Shown here: piece by piece, positions 49,269 to 61,040 of the stretch
Layout of the letters: each line of letters starts with the position of its first letter
Position numbering within the stretch: the first letter of the stretch is position 1
Source of the DNA: Cyanophyceae cyanobacterium
GTDB lineage: Bacteria; Cyanobacteriota; Cyanobacteriia; Cyanobacteriales; JBHJGN01
Direction of reading: 5' to 3'
Assembly (NCBI GenBank): GCA_050331735.1
Contig: JBHJGN010000016.1
Location: forward strand, 46,515-110,514
DNA length: 64,000 nucleotides
Translations under genes and position numbers: made by a program
Notes under the pieces: generated by a model
Seen by the model: only the letters and a program-made list of their open reading frames with translations
The model's database searches: none
What the model was told of the DNA's origin: nothing

Positions 49269-50750
49269 ATGAAAGCAATTATGGTAGTTGGGACCACTTC
49301 CCATGCAGGCAAATCTTTTCTGACCACTGCCCTCTGCCGAATGCTCACGCGACGAGGCTGGCGCGTCGCTCCATTTAAAGGTCAAAACATGGCTCTGAAT
49401 GCCTACGTAACGGTGACAGGAGGAGAGATTGGTCATGCCCAGGCAGTGCAGGCGTGGGCTGCCAAAACAACTCCTCGGGTAGAAATGAATCCGATTCTGC
49501 TCAAGCCCCAGGGAAATATGACATCTCAAGTCATTCTCATGGGGCAAGCGGTCGGCACCACGAAAGCGTCCGACTATTACGAGAAGTATTTTCAGCGCGG
49601 TTGGCAGGCGATTAAGGAATCCTTAGAGAAACTGTCGATCGACCACGATTTAGTCGTGTGTGAAGGCGCCGGCAGCCCAGCGGAGATTAACCTGAAGCAC
49701 CGCGACCTTGCTAACATGCGGATTGCTAAATATCTCGGGGCGCCTACCGTTTTAATTGTCGATATCGATCGCGGCGGTGCTTTTGCTCATATCGTCGGGA
49801 CGTTAGCGCTCCTGGAGCCCGAGGAGCGATCGCTGATCAAAGGCATTGTGATCAATAAGTTTCGCGGTCAGCGATCGCTCCTCGATCCCGGCATTACCTG
49901 GCTCGAAAAACACCTCAATATTCCGGTCATCGGAGTCATTCCCTGGACACAGCAGCTCTTTCCGGCAGAAGACTCCCTCGATTTGCTCGATCGGCGGGCT
50001 AATCGAAAATCTGACGGAGCCCTGAAGATGAGCATTATTCGCCTCCCGCGCATTTCCAACTTTACTGATTTTGAACCCCTAGAAGCGGAGACCACCGTTT
50101 CAGTTCAATACGTTGAGCTCGAAGAATCTCTCGGACATCCTGATGCCGTTATCATTCCTGGCTCTAAAACGACTCTGGCCGATCTAGTGGCTCTACACAA
50201 AAGCGGGATGGCCGCACAGTTGAAAGAATATGCGGCGGCGGGTGGAACGGTTTTAGGGATCTGTGGTGGCTTTCAGATGCTCGGCCAGCAGTTAAACGAT
50301 CCCCAGCGATACGAGAGCGAAACCGAAGCTGTTTCCGGACTCAATTTGTTGCCTCTAGCGACAATCCTTACCGACCACAAAATTGCTCGCCAAAGGCAGG
50401 TGGTTTCCAACTATCCTCAGTCTGGTTTACCGATTGACGGCTACGAAATTCACCAGGGACGCACTAAGATGCTGGACTTAAATGGGGGATCTGCTTTTCT
50501 ACCCATTTTTGACGATCCGAGGCTGGGAATGGTGAATCAGACTCAGACAGTTTGGGGGTGCTACCTGCATGGTTTATTCGATAACGGTCCTTGGCGACGG
50601 GCGTGGCTCAATCGCCTGCGTCACCAACGCGGACTGTTCTCTCTGCCGACGGGGATTTCCAACTACCGCGAACAGAGAGAATCGATGTTAAACTCGCTTG
50701 CTGATTTTGTCGAAGACCATCTAGATTTAACTCCCGTGTTACCCAAGTAA
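49269..50750 (+). CDS. cobQ: cobyric acid synthase
   Basis: GTTSHAGKS, PFKGQNMALN, EGAGSPAEINL, GICGGFQMLG, GCYLHGLF. Confidence 0.95.
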   Translation: MKAIMVVGTTSHAGKSFLTTALCRMLTRRGWRVAPFKGQNMALNAYVTVTGGEIGHAQAVQAWAAKTTPRVEMNPILLKPQGNMTSQVILMGQAVGTTKASDYYEKYFQRGWQAIKESLEKLSIDHDLVVCEGAGSPAEINLKHRDLANMRIAKYLGAPTVLIVDIDRGGAFAHIVGTLALLEPEERSLIKGIVINKFRGQRSLLDPGITWLEKHLNIPVIGVIPWTQQLFPAEDSLDLLDRRANRKSDGALKMSIIRLPRISNFTDFEPLEAETTVSVQYVELEESLGHPDAVIIPGSKTTLADLVALHKSGMAAQLKEYAAAGGTVLGICGGFQMLGQQLNDPQRYESETEAVSGLNLLPLATILTDHKIARQRQVVSNYPQSGLPIDGYEIHQGRTKMLDLNGGSAFLPIFDDPRLGMVNQTQTVWGCYLHGLFDNGPWRRAWLNRLRHQRGLFSLPTGISNYREQRESMLNSLADFVEDHLDLTPVLPK

Positions 50751-50754
50751 GCCC

Positions 50755-51006
50755 ATGAAACTCCATCAAGACGTTCAGATTCGGTTTTTGCCCGACGATA
50801 TCGTTGTGACAGCCAAGCCGGGAGACTCCCTATTAGAGGTAGCCCAAAAAGCCGGAGTATTTATTCCGACGGGCTGTTTAATGGGTTCGTGTCACGCCTG
50901 TGAAGTGGAGTTGAACGATGGTACTCCCATCTGTACCTGCATTACTGCTGTCCCCACAGATGTGAAGGAGTTAACCGTTAATCTTTATGCCGACCCGGTG
51001 TGGTAA
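50755..51006 (+). CDS. 2Fe-2S ferredoxin-like protein
   Basis: GCLMGSCHAC...CTC. Confidence 0.85.
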   Translation: MKLHQDVQIRFLPDDIVVTAKPGDSLLEVAQKAGVFIPTGCLMGSCHACEVELNDGTPICTCITAVPTDVKELTVNLYADPVW

Positions 51007-51040
51007 ACTGCCAGTTGCCTGCGGCGAGTTGCGTTTGCGA

Positions 51041-51508
51041 CTAATGAGAGGGCGATGGGGGACTCGACTGCGCCTGAAGATTGAGAGTATAGTCTCTAAA
51101 CCGCTCCAGGTCTGCCTGAATGGTCGATTCAACCACCTGTCCGAGGAACAAGTTGTCCATAAGCCTGCCGAGAAAGCCGGGGATAGCGTAAGCCACCGTC
51201 AATTTGACAACGCTGCTGGTGTGGCGGTCGTAGAAGCGGATAGCTCCCCGATTTGGTAGGCCATCAACGGATTCCCACTGAATAATTTGATGAGGAGTCA
51301 CCTGGAGTATGCGGGAGAGCCAGCTAAACTTCAGTCCGCCCGTGGCCAGTTTCCAGCGGGAAAGCTCTGGATTGTCATCTAAGACCTCGACAGAGTCGAT
51401 CCACTTCATCCAGCGAGGCATTTGCTCAAGGTCTGACCACAGATTCCACACCAAATCGATGGGAGCATCAACCTCGACCTGTACGCTATGTTCTAACCAG
51501 TTTGCCAT
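51041..51508 (-). CDS. SRPBCC / polyketide-cyclase family protein
   Basis: MANWLEHSVQVEV..WSDLEQMPRWM; usual neighbour of zds. Confidence 0.85.
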   Translation of the reverse strand: MANWLEHSVQVEVDAPIDLVWNLWSDLEQMPRWMKWIDSVEVLDDNPELSRWKLATGGLKFSWLSRILQVTPHQIIQWESVDGLPNRGAIRFYDRHTSSVVKLTVAYAIPGFLGRLMDNLFLGQVVESTIQADLERFRDYTLNLQAQSSPPSPSH

Positions 51509-51637
51509 TGAAATTACCGATGTAACGCGGTGACGTTTTCCTATGTTAGCTGACAGCCGGGAGCAGCTCTCAGCCATTAGCTATCAGCTCTTAGCTTTTT
51601 TGGACTAAATTGCTAATAGCCGAGAGACAATAACCTG

Positions 51638-53104
51638 CTACATCGTCAGCGACGGAGCCTGCAACCGATTGTCCTTGCTCAATCTCTCTGACTCAAGAAT
51701 GGCTCTAGCAGCCTGACGGCCTGATAAAGTAGCACCTTCCATGCTATCAATGTAGTCTTGCTGAGTGTAGCTACCGGCCAAGAAAAAGTTAGCAATGGGA
51801 GTTTGCTGAGGCGGACGGTAGGGGTCCATTCCGGGAGCTTCACGATAGAGAGACTGAGCTAGCTTGACTACGCTATACCAAGTCATGTTCAGCTCTCGCG
51901 AAGAGGGAAACAGCTCATGGACCTGCTCTAAGACGCGGTGAGCGATCGCCTCATTTTTCTCCCGAATAAACGGATCGCCCGGAGTTAGCACCACCTGAAG
52001 CAGCGATCCCTGCCCTTCCCGATAGTAGTTCGCTGGACTCGTCAGCGCCAGGTCGGCAAAGCAGGAAAAGTCGGCATCTGGAGTATAGAGCAGATTATCA
52101 ATGCCCTCGGCCCGCTCAAGCTGCTGGCGCTTGTGGGCATCCTGTAGCTCGGTTACCCAGCCGTCGAAACGTAGCTGCACTGTGGCCACGGGCACCGTTT
52201 CCAGCCTATAGATATTGTCAAATTCTGGCCATTTACGCCACTCGGGCGGCAGTAGCTTCTGTATCCCCGGAACGTCGCAGGCACAGACATAGGCATCAGC
52301 CGTAATGGTGGTTTCCATGTCGCCCTGAGCCACGACTAGCCCCGTAACTCGCTCTTGAGCATGCAGAATTTGCCGCACCCGCCGACGAGTGTAAATGGTT
52401 GCGCCGCGCTCTTTGAGGTAGTTGACAATCGGCTGATGGAGATACTCGTCCGGCGAACCTTCCAGCATGCGCAGCACCGACGCTTCGGTTTTCGCAGCAA
52501 ATAGCTGAAAGATCGTGAGCATGCAGCGAGCCGAAATTTGTTCCGTGTCGATAAAGCCCAGCGCATAGGCAATTGGATTCCACATCCGCTTCAGGCTCCC
52601 ATCGTTGCCCCCCTGACGGCGAAACCAGTCCGCAAAGCTAATCGAGTCAAGGTTGCGAATTGTTTTCATCGCTCCCTCAAAATCTACTAACCCTCGTACA
52701 AGCGGGCTAGTTCCTAACGCCAACGAGTTCGCCAGCTTATCGACCGTCGATAGTTGGGAGGTGGTAAAAAACGCCTTTAAGCCGTTGAACGGAGCACCGG
52801 TCAGAAAGCGGAAGTCGAGTTCCCCGACTCGTCCCTGTTTGTTGATAAAGGTATGGGTGTGTTCCTTGAGGCGCAGGTGATCGATTGCGCCCACCTTCTT
52901 CATGAGGTCGAACAGTTGAGTATAGCAACCAAAGAAAACATGAAGTCCCATTTCGACATGATTGCCGTCAGCATCAACCCAACTACCCACTTTTCCCCCA
53001 ATAAAGGGACGGGATTCAAAAATTTCGACAGAATGACCAGCGTCAGCCAAATCGACGGCAGCCGACATTCCCGCTAGTCCTGCTCCTACAATCGCAACAC
53101 GCAT
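51638..53104 (-). CDS. zds: 9,9'-di-cis-zeta-carotene desaturase
   Basis: [47 protein letters not shown]. Confidence 0.95.
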   Translation of the reverse strand: MRVAIVGAGLAGMSAAVDLADAGHSVEIFESRPFIGGKVGSWVDADGNHVEMGLHVFFGCYTQLFDLMKKVGAIDHLRLKEHTHTFINKQGRVGELDFRFLTGAPFNGLKAFFTTSQLSTVDKLANSLALGTSPLVRGLVDFEGAMKTIRNLDSISFADWFRRQGGNDGSLKRMWNPIAYALGFIDTEQISARCMLTIFQLFAAKTEASVLRMLEGSPDEYLHQPIVNYLKERGATIYTRRRVRQILHAQERVTGLVVAQGDMETTITADAYVCACDVPGIQKLLPPEWRKWPEFDNIYRLETVPVATVQLRFDGWVTELQDAHKRQQLERAEGIDNLLYTPDADFSCFADLALTSPANYYREGQGSLLQVVLTPGDPFIREKNEAIAHRVLEQVHELFPSSRELNMTWYSVVKLAQSLYREAPGMDPYRPPQQTPIANFFLAGSYTQQDYIDSMEGATLSGRQAARAILESERLSKDNRLQAPSLTM

Positions 53105-53184
53105 GCAGTTTCCTCTCAGGTTCTTTACATATTGTAACGGAGAGCGCCCTTAAGTAACACAGTCGGCAAACCTAGACTAGGGTA

Positions 53185-53766
53185 CTATGGGCTGCTAGCA
53201 ACCGCTTTCAGCTTCCAGTAAAACTCGGACACTTCCAATGACGGTGTAAATTGTTCAATAGATGAGTGTGCCACACCGAGACTTTCTAAGACTTGATCAG
53301 GTTGTGGAGCTGGTTTGCGCTCTTTTAAAGAGAGAGTCGGTGAAGAAACAGCAGCGGCTGAGCGGTTGACCAAGGGACAAGGAGGCGCTGCTGAGTCGTA
53401 TCGTAAGGTGTACTGGCTTTTGCGTTTATGGCTTTGGCGATGCCATACCGTGGTCGTTTTTTTAAAATGCTGATTGGCTAGATTACGAGGCAGATTGTGG
53501 CAGATTACACATTCAAAATCACGATTAAAGTGAACAACCGGGGTTCCGCGTCGTCGCCAACCGCTAAGAATTTGCTCTACCGAAACAGCTTTGTAGCGTC
53601 CCAGATAAAGAGCCTCAACAACTGCTAACCGGATCCAGAACACTGAGTACTGATTCGACCACCGAGAGACCATTTCTTGAACAGTATTCCTGGATGTTTC
53701 AAAGCTATAATGGGTCATTAAAGCGATGGCTTGGGCAATAGCTGAGTCGCGGGTAGTGTCTGTCAT
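53185..53766 (-). CDS. conserved cyanobacterial hypothetical protein
   Basis: WIRLAVVEALYLGRYKAVSVEQIL and FYWKLKAV motifs. Confidence 0.7.
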   Translation of the reverse strand: MTDTTRDSAIAQAIALMTHYSFETSRNTVQEMVSRWSNQYSVFWIRLAVVEALYLGRYKAVSVEQILSGWRRRGTPVVHFNRDFECVICHNLPRNLANQHFKKTTTVWHRQSHKRKSQYTLRYDSAAPPCPLVNRSAAAVSSPTLSLKERKPAPQPDQVLESLGVAHSSIEQFTPSLEVSEFYWKLKAVASSP

Positions 53767-54051
53767 GGGTTTTGATGGACAGTGAAGAGAAGATTAGCTA
53801 TTCAACGTGCAGAAATCGTTAATTTTTGAGTGCTTTATAATCTTCTGACCTTTAACCTTACTTTTCATCCCTTAATTTGTGACTATTTTGCCATTAATTC
53901 GGTATTTCACACTACATTTTTAGAGAAGCTCGAGTCTATTGAGATTAGAAATATTTATGCTAAGGGCAGGCGATGGCTTGAGACCTGAAATTTTTAGTTG
54001 ACCGACACTGCTTCCAATGACAAATTTCACCAACAGGCAGCCCACTCTAGT

Positions 54052-54098
54052 AGAAGAAGCTGTTAGCATTGCCTTTGGCAATGCTAACAGCTTCTTCT
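54052..54098. repeat. perfect 22-bp inverted repeat
   Basis: agaagaagctgttagcattgcc-ttt-ggcaatgctaacagcttcttct. Confidence 0.85.
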
Positions 54099-54141
54099 CT
54101 AGGAAGAAAAAGAAACGTCAGCCCAAATTGAAATTGCTAAA

Positions 54142-54171
54142 CGTTCACCCGAAATTTTTTCTGGGTGAACG
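54142..54171 (-). terminator. hairpin right after the metK stop
   Basis: cgttcaccc...gggtgaacg. Confidence 0.5.
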
Positions 54172-54172
54172 C

Positions 54173-55438
54173 TTAGGCGCCTACGGAAACTTCTGACCGT
54201 TTCTCTGACAGAGATTTTTGAAGAACGTCTACCTTATCTAGCTTTTCCCACGGTAGCTCTAGGTCCGCTCGCCCGAAATGACCGTAGGCGGCGACATCTT
54301 GATAAAAGCGGCCCTCTCGCTGACTCGGAAGGCGACGGAGAGCGAATGACTGGATAATTCCGGCAGGACGAAGTTCAAAATGCTGTCTGGTCAATTCCAG
54401 GATTTTTTCTTCGGCTATTTTGTGAGTGCCAAAGGTCTCAACCATAATGCTGACGGGTCTGGCAACGCCGATGGCGTAACTCACCTGGACTTCACACTTG
54501 TCGGCCAAACCAGCCGCCACAATATTTTTAGCAACGTAGCGACAGGCATAGGAAGCACTGCGGTCTACTTTAGTGGGATCTTTACCGGAAAAGGCACCGC
54601 CGCCATGACGCGAGTACCCCCCGTAGGTGTCAATAATGATCTTTCGGCCAGTCAGACCACAATCCCCTTGAGGGCCGCCAATCACAAATTTCCCGGTGGG
54701 ATTGACCAAAAAGCGAGTTTGCGGGTCGGGCTTCACCTCAATATCGACAAAAACTGGTTCTACGACCTGCTTCCACAGATCTGCCTTGATTTTTTCCTGA
54801 ACAGCCTCCCCCTCTAGGTCGTCGATAGTCTCGGTATGCTGGGTAGAGATGAGAATAGTATTAATCCCGACTGGTCGATCGTCTTCGTATTGAACGGTGA
54901 CTTGAGTTTTGCCATCCGGGCGCAAATAGGGGAGTTCGCCAGTTTTGCGAACGGCTGCCAAGCGACGAGATAAACGGTGAGCTAAGCTAATTGGCAGCGG
55001 CATCAATTCTGGAGTTTCGTTACAGGCAAAGCCAAACATCAATCCTTGGTCGCCAGCCCCAACCTGGTCTAGCTCGTCATCGCTGAGTCTTTCCCGCTGT
55101 TCTTGAGCCTTGGTGACTCCTTGGGCGATGTCTGGAGACTGTTCGTCAATGGCCACCAAAACTGAGCAGCTATCAGCGGAGAAGCCATTATTAGCATCTG
55201 TATAGCCAATTTCGGCAATTTTTTGTCTAGCCAGGTTGGCATAGTTGACAGAAGCCTGCGTAGAAATTTCCCCGGTGATCAAGACGAGGCCCGTATTGAC
55301 GACCACTTCGGCAGCAACGCGGCTTTGGCGATCCTGGGAAAGTAAGGCATCCAAAATAGTATCTGAGATTTGATCGCAAATCTTGTCGGGATGTCCTTCG
55401 GTGACCGATTCAGAGGTAAATAAGTAGCGACGAGACAA
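54173..55438 (-). CDS. metK: S-adenosylmethionine synthetase
   Basis: [39 protein letters not shown] start with GGAGGAG RBS. Confidence 0.98.
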   Translation of the reverse strand: MSRRYLFTSESVTEGHPDKICDQISDTILDALLSQDRQSRVAAEVVVNTGLVLITGEISTQASVNYANLARQKIAEIGYTDANNGFSADSCSVLVAIDEQSPDIAQGVTKAQEQRERLSDDELDQVGAGDQGLMFGFACNETPELMPLPISLAHRLSRRLAAVRKTGELPYLRPDGKTQVTVQYEDDRPVGINTILISTQHTETIDDLEGEAVQEKIKADLWKQVVEPVFVDIEVKPDPQTRFLVNPTGKFVIGGPQGDCGLTGRKIIIDTYGGYSRHGGGAFSGKDPTKVDRSASYACRYVAKNIVAAGLADKCEVQVSYAIGVARPVSIMVETFGTHKIAEEKILELTRQHFELRPAGIIQSFALRRLPSQREGRFYQDVAAYGHFGRADLELPWEKLDKVDVLQKSLSEKRSEVSVGA

Positions 55439-55633
55439 TGGTATTGCTCCTCCTTAACGTTAAATAGGCGATCGCCCACTGTAGATTGATTGATTTAAAA
55501 TCAATTCTTACACAGATGACTCATGGCGCGGAAGCTAATCTTACCGCAATCAAAGCACGCTGACAAATCAATCCTCAGCACGTGCGCTTATCGAGCTAAA
55601 ACTTGGTTCGGTGCGACTCCCAGCAGTGTCCTG

Positions 55634-56362
55634 CTAAGTTGGAAATACCTGAATTTCATCGAGAGAGGCGACCGTTACATCCGCGGCCCTGAGATGAGGA
55701 ACCTGCGGCTGCCCCCAGCAAATGCCAATAGCTCCAGCCGCCCCCGCCTGCTTGGCCATCTCCACATCTCCCTGAGAATCGCCCACCATCAGGGTTTTCT
55801 GCGGTGAAACCCCCAAGGTTGTACAAGCCTGGATAAACAAAGCTGGATCGGGTTTCGTGAGTGGCTCAACTCCCACCGCTAACTCAAGATACGAAGAAAG
55901 CTGATGTCGGTCGATAAAGGCCTGTACACCAGCCGTTGAATCGGCGGAGAGAATGCCGAGCTTTAATCCGGCTCGGTGAAGCTGCTGAAGCACAACGAGA
56001 GAGCCAGCAAACAGCGGTGCTGGCTGACTGAGGTGTTGAGCCTGGGCAAAGGCGCTGCGAGCGATTGCTTTCGCCTCAAACCAGCTTCGACCTGTTTCAG
56101 CGATGTAGGCAGCGGCAGCAATTTCATTCTCAAAGCGGCTTCCGACCGCCATGAGTCCGGTAGGATCTAGCGCGTTGTTTTCCACTCCAAACGCCATCAG
56201 GAGCGGTTCGCCGATCCCCGGAACCTGAGCATCGATAAGACGCGCTCGCTTTTGCGCTAGCTCCCGCAGGGAGTCCTGGGAGTCCTCTAGCGTTCCGTCC
56301 TTATCAAAGAGAACCGCCTCGACGTCCGAAAACCAAACGGTTTGGCAGCGAATTCTAGTCAA
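55634..56362 (-). CDS. HAD-family hydrolase
   Basis: FDKDGTL motif I, KPDP, MVGDSQGD; TTG start at 56362 with GAGGAG RBS. Confidence 0.85.
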   Translation of the reverse strand: MTRIRCQTVWFSDVEAVLFDKDGTLEDSQDSLRELAQKRARLIDAQVPGIGEPLLMAFGVENNALDPTGLMAVGSRFENEIAAAAYIAETGRSWFEAKAIARSAFAQAQHLSQPAPLFAGSLVVLQQLHRAGLKLGILSADSTAGVQAFIDRHQLSSYLELAVGVEPLTKPDPALFIQACTTLGVSPQKTLMVGDSQGDVEMAKQAGAAGAIGICWGQPQVPHLRAADVTVASLDEIQVFPT

Positions 56363-56385
56363 GCTATCCTCCTCAACTGCATCCC

Positions 56386-56412
56386 AAAAAAAGAGGGAGC
56401 CGCCCTCTTTTT
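56386..56412 (-). terminator. terminator after rps1
   Basis: aaaaaaagaggg-agccg-ccctcttttt. Confidence 0.6.
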
Positions 56413-56436
56413 CAGTTTTGCTCCCCATCATCTTGA

Positions 56437-57399
56437 TTATTCTGTGGCCGATACCAGTTCTGACTGAGATTCCGAATCTAGCTCACCGAGTTCTCCAGCC
56501 GCTTCGGCTCTCATCTTCTCGCGATACCGCTCCGCCATTTCTTCGGCTTTCTCAAATACCAACTCTCGGTTTTTGAGCATATCTCCTGGTTCTGGCTCAA
56601 GCTGCTTAGTAGACAGAGAAATGCGGCCACGCTCGGCATCTAGGTCAATAATCATTACTTTCAGTTCATCATTAACGTTGAAGACGCTATGAGGAGTATC
56701 GATGTGATCGTGGGAAATTTCTGAGATGTGTAGCAGGCCACTCACGCCCCCAATGTCGATAAAGGCTCCATAAGGCTTGATGCCGCGTACCGAACCCACC
56801 ACAACTTCGCCCACTTCTAATCCGTTCATCTTGCGCTCTACCAAGGCGCGACGATGGCTGAGGACGAGGCGGTTGCGTTCTTCATCGACCTCCAAGAACT
56901 TTAGGGGGAGATCCTGTCCGACTAAATCTTCTTTGGCCTGACGAGTACTAATATGAGAACCAGGAATGAAGCCCCGCAGTCCTTCGATCCGCACTAACGC
57001 CCCACCGCGGTTGGTGGCAAAAACGCCAGAGCGAACGGTTGCGTCTTCTGCCTGGAGCTGGCGCACCCGTTCCCACGCTCTCATGTACTCAATGCGCCGG
57101 ATCGAGAGAGTGAGCTGACCGTCTTCGTTCTCATCGGTCAAAATAAAGAACTCTCGCGTCTCGTCGGGCTGCAATACCTCAACCGGATCGTCAACCCGGT
57201 TGATCGACATTTCCTGAATGGGAATGTAGGCGGCTGTTTTGGCACCAATGTCAATCAGAGCGCCCCTTGGTTCCATGCTGAATACCGTTCCGGCCACAAT
57301 ATCACCAGGGCTGAAGTGGTAGTCGTATTTATCGAGAAGGGCGGCAAAATCTTCGTGCGTAAAACCAATATTCTTCGTATCTGTTTGCTGACTGACCAT
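56437..57399 (-). CDS. rpsA: 30S ribosomal protein S1 (three-S1-domain cyanobacterial type)
   Basis: FTHEDFAALLDKYDY, GFIPGSHIS, GLLHISEISH. Confidence 0.96.
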   Translation of the reverse strand: MVSQQTDTKNIGFTHEDFAALLDKYDYHFSPGDIVAGTVFSMEPRGALIDIGAKTAAYIPIQEMSINRVDDPVEVLQPDETREFFILTDENEDGQLTLSIRRIEYMRAWERVRQLQAEDATVRSGVFATNRGGALVRIEGLRGFIPGSHISTRQAKEDLVGQDLPLKFLEVDEERNRLVLSHRRALVERKMNGLEVGEVVVGSVRGIKPYGAFIDIGGVSGLLHISEISHDHIDTPHSVFNVNDELKVMIIDLDAERGRISLSTKQLEPEPGDMLKNRELVFEKAEEMAERYREKMRAEAAGELGELDSESQSELVSATE

Positions 57400-57762
57400 G
57401 TGTGTTTCGTATTGTTTCCTTTTTTCTATCTCCGTAGTTACTGTGCCTCCTGCCGATGGTGCTTGAGCACGCTCGCGGGTTGACTACACCACCATATTTA
57501 GCCTCGGTCTTCTAGTCCGAGCAAGACTTAAGCATGAGTTGACCTAGTAATCAAAACAGCCCAAAGCGATAGTGTCTTTAAACGACTGTCGTCTATTTTG
57601 ACTTATCCAATCTAGTATATCAAATGTGTTGCACTAAAATGCTGCCGCGATAAACTTTGGAAGAGGGGTTTTCAGGGCCTCTCCGCTCGGGCAGACGTTC
57701 CCCATACCAGAGCGATGCTAACCAACACAAATCGGCGACCTGGTGGTGTCAGGAGCACCGGC

Positions 57763-58278
57763 TCAAGATGAAGTCATCAATGAAGATTCCGAATCCGCTT
57801 CTGGCAATGAATCTTCCCAAGGTGATTTCTGCATCTGCAGATGATTCAGAGCCTCAATAAAGTCTTTAATTCCTTTAAATCTTCCGTAAACAGAAGCAAA
57901 GCGAACGTAGGCGACTTCATTCTCTTGCTGGAGGTATTGAAGCACCAATTCGCCAATTTCGTGACTGGCAACTTCTCGCTCTGGTCGCTGCTGAAGTTGA
58001 GCTTCAATTTCTTCGACAATCGTTTCCAATCGCTGTCGCGAAAGAGCCGTTTTTTCACAGGCTCTCATCATGCCCCGCAGCAGCTTGTGGCGATCAAAAG
58101 ATTCTCGTTTACCATCTTGCTTAATGACGGTAATCGGAACAAACTCGATTCTTTCGTAAGTTGTAAACCGGTGCCGACACTCAAGACACTCCCGGCGGCG
58201 GCGGATACTCTGTCCGGCCTCAGTAGACCGAGATTCTAGCACTCGGCTATTTGTGTGTTGGCAATAGGGACACTGCAT
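57763..58278 (-). CDS. nrdR: transcriptional repressor NrdR
   Basis: [32 protein letters not shown] cone, [10 protein letters not shown]. Confidence 0.96.
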   Translation of the reverse strand: MQCPYCQHTNSRVLESRSTEAGQSIRRRRECLECRHRFTTYERIEFVPITVIKQDGKRESFDRHKLLRGMMRACEKTALSRQRLETIVEEIEAQLQQRPEREVASHEIGELVLQYLQQENEVAYVRFASVYGRFKGIKDFIEALNHLQMQKSPWEDSLPEADSESSLMTSS

Positions 58279-58458
58279 GGCCTAAAATCACCGATAGCGA
58301 TGCGGACTGGAAACGTTGCCAAAATCAATTTTGCGTAGAGAGACTCAAAAATAGTTAGGACAAAACTGAGCCGTTCGAGTCCGTGTAGTCAACTACAAAG
58401 CTCGAGGTCGGCTCAGATCCTCCATCGGGTCTCCACCGTCGCAAAGAGCTACGGCTCG

Positions 58459-58554
58459 TTATTTGTTGATTCTAGGGGGTTCTCGAAAGGCGATCGCAAA
58501 AAAGAGAACGGCTAAAGCCATTGTTAAAACCAGTATGTAAGCTACACTTTCCAT
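58459..58554 (-). CDS. psbT: photosystem II PsbT (not in ORF track)
   Basis: MESVAYILVLTMALAVLFFAIAFREPPRINK, downstream of psbB. Confidence 0.95.
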   Translation of the reverse strand: MESVAYILVLTMALAVLFFAIAFREPPRINK

Positions 58555-58677
58555 TTGAAAAATTCCCACTCAATTTATTAACAGTCTATCAAAAACCTTA
58601 AAATCTCAAAAAACAATTTTTGTCAGTAGTTCGCCGTGACCAATAATCAGTTTTTTTTACAAGAGCTGTCTGCCTTG

Positions 58678-58709
58678 AAAAAAAAGCAAGGCTGCTCGCA
58701 GCCTTGCTT
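58678..58709 (-). terminator. terminator after psbB
   Basis: aagcaaggctgc-tc-gcagccttgctt with a U-tract on the minus strand. Confidence 0.65.
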
Positions 58710-58737
58710 CTATGAGTTAATCGTTTAGCTCCTCAAT

Positions 58738-60273
58738 CTAGGCAGTTTCTTTGGGACGAATACGGGTTGTCTTATCACCCACTTTCTGGAATAGTCCCCA
58801 CTCGACCTGCTCTTCCAAGTCGGCCTCAACACCCGCAAACACGTCGCGGAATAGAGTCCGAGAGCCGTGCCAGATGTGTCCAAAGAAGAACAGCAACGCA
58901 AAGACCGCATGGCCAAAGGTAAACCAACCTCTAGGACTCGTGCGGAATACCCCGTCTGACTCTAACGTTTCTCGGTCGAACAGGAACGGTTCGCCAAGCT
59001 GAGCCTTACGAGCAAATTTCTTCACGCTAGGGGCATCGTCATAGGTTTTGCCGTTGAGTTCACCGCCAGAGAAACTAACGGTCACGCCAGTTTGCTCAAT
59101 GCTGTAGCGCGACTCCGCCCGTCGGAACGGAATATCGGCGCGGACAATTCCTTCTGAATCCGTTAGAACGACGGGGAAGGTCTCAAAGAAGTTCGGCATC
59201 CGGCGCACGGTTAACACGCGACCGTCGGCATCTCTAAACTCTGGATGACCGAGCCATGTTAGAGCAATGCCGTCCCCTTTATTCATCGGGCCGGTACGGA
59301 ACAAACCGCCCTTAGCCGGACTGTTGCCGATATAGTCGTAAAAAGCCAGTTTCTCAGGAATTTTAGACCAGGCTTCTGTTGGAGTATCTCCAGCAGCCAA
59401 ATTAGCCTGAACTCTACGCTCGATTTCCTGTCTGTAGTAGCCCTGATCCCACTGATAGCGGGTCGGACCAAACAGCTCTACGGGAGTGGTCGCATTGCCG
59501 TACCACATGGTGCCAGCAACAACAAAGGCAGCAAAAAAAACAGCCGCAATCGAGCTAGACAGGACCGTTTCAATATTCCCCATCCTGAGAGCTTTATAGA
59601 GTCTCTCCGGCGGGCGAACCGAAAGATGAAACAGACCGGCAATAACACCAACGACTCCAGCAGCGATGTGGTGGGCAACGACCCCGCCGGGATTAAAGGG
59701 GTTAAAGCCGGCTGGTCCCCATTCGGGAGCCACCCCCTGCACGTGTCCGGTTAAGCCGTAAGCATCGGATACCCACATTCCAGGACCGAATAGCCCCGTA
59801 AGGTGAAAAGCCCCAAATCCGAAGCAGAGCAGTCCGGATAAGAACAGGTGAATGCCAAACATTTTTGGCAGATCTAGCGCTGGTTCTCCAGTGCGGGGAT
59901 CGACGAATAATTCTAGATCCCAGTAAACCCAGTGCCATACGGCAGCGAGAAATAGCAGGCCAGATAGAACAATGTGAGCGGCAGCAACACCCTCAAAAGA
60001 CCAAAAACCGGGATTAACTCCCGATTCTCCAGTAATGCTCCAGCCTCCCCAAGACCCCGTTACTCCTAAACGAGCCATGAAGGGCAGCACAAACATGCCC
60101 TGTCGCCACATTGGGTTAAGAACCGGATCGCTCGGATCGAAAATAGCTAGCTCATAGAGAGCCATAGAACCAGCCCATCCTGCTACTAAAGCAGTATGCA
60201 TCAGGTGGACAGAAATTAGTCGTCCTGGGTCGTTCAGAACAACGGTATGAACGCGATACCAAGGTAGTCCCAT
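58738..60273 (-). CDS. psbB: photosystem II CP47 protein
   Basis: [33 protein letters not shown]. Confidence 0.99.
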   Translation of the reverse strand: MGLPWYRVHTVVLNDPGRLISVHLMHTALVAGWAGSMALYELAIFDPSDPVLNPMWRQGMFVLPFMARLGVTGSWGGWSITGESGVNPGFWSFEGVAAAHIVLSGLLFLAAVWHWVYWDLELFVDPRTGEPALDLPKMFGIHLFLSGLLCFGFGAFHLTGLFGPGMWVSDAYGLTGHVQGVAPEWGPAGFNPFNPGGVVAHHIAAGVVGVIAGLFHLSVRPPERLYKALRMGNIETVLSSSIAAVFFAAFVVAGTMWYGNATTPVELFGPTRYQWDQGYYRQEIERRVQANLAAGDTPTEAWSKIPEKLAFYDYIGNSPAKGGLFRTGPMNKGDGIALTWLGHPEFRDADGRVLTVRRMPNFFETFPVVLTDSEGIVRADIPFRRAESRYSIEQTGVTVSFSGGELNGKTYDDAPSVKKFARKAQLGEPFLFDRETLESDGVFRTSPRGWFTFGHAVFALLFFFGHIWHGSRTLFRDVFAGVEADLEEQVEWGLFQKVGDKTTRIRPKETA

Positions 60274-60419
60274 CGACTACGCTCCTCCTGTTGAAATTGA
60301 TAAGGTTACTTCAACGCTTTTTCTAACACTTATATATTGAAGTTTATTTAAGAAGTTTAACGATTGTGAGAGCCGAATGCAAGTTTCCGTGAGCTTCTAG
60401 AACCAGATTAAGCTCTTCG

Positions 60420-60716
60420 CTACTGAGCAATCTCGGCGTTTGTTAACCGATCGATCACCTGCTCAGCACTCATTAAACGTTTGAGCACGACTTGACCAAT
60501 AGTCGGCACATCTGCCGTTTCTTGAAGAGGGCGAACCTCAACCATAATGACGGCATCTTCAACCTGATAGAGCCATAAAATCTCGTTTTGCTCAAGAATG
60601 CCAATTTTTATCCGTTCAATTCGAGGTTGACGCCGCCACGCACTTTCGTTCCATAGCCCGCCAAACTCCCAAACCCTGGCGTATGTCCAGCCGTCAGACA
60701 GAAAAAAGTATTTCAC
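60420..60716 (-). CDS. conserved hypothetical protein
   Basis: 98 aa ORF, MKYFFLSDGW..RVWEFGGLW, IGQVVLKRL. Confidence 0.7.
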   Translation of the reverse strand: MKYFFLSDGWTYARVWEFGGLWNESAWRRQPRIERIKIGILEQNEILWLYQVEDAVIMVEVRPLQETADVPTIGQVVLKRLMSAEQVIDRLTNAEIAQ

Positions 60717-61040
60717 TGCTTTTACGTAGGGGGTTACTAACCCTGCAATTGGGACAAGAGGTTGGTTGGGATTGTACTACCACTTTGAAACAACGCAAAG
60801 CAGCCCTTAACAAGCTGATGCCTCAAATCGAGATTTTATAAATTGACAGAGCTCTATCCAACAGGATTTTAAACAAATATCCATTGTGGGTTGTGAGCAC
60901 AGTTCGGCAGGAAGCAACGGCGAAAAACGAGCTAAGATCGCTCTATAACCAGTAGCCTAAAGATATTTAATTGTTTAGATTGGTGGCTAACTCTGCACGA
61001 GTCACTCAAATCGTTGAACCCGGTCTCGATCTGAATTGTT

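Noticed and set aside
55439..55633. SAM riboswitch upstream of metK
   Set aside because: No recognisable SAM-I/II/V consensus
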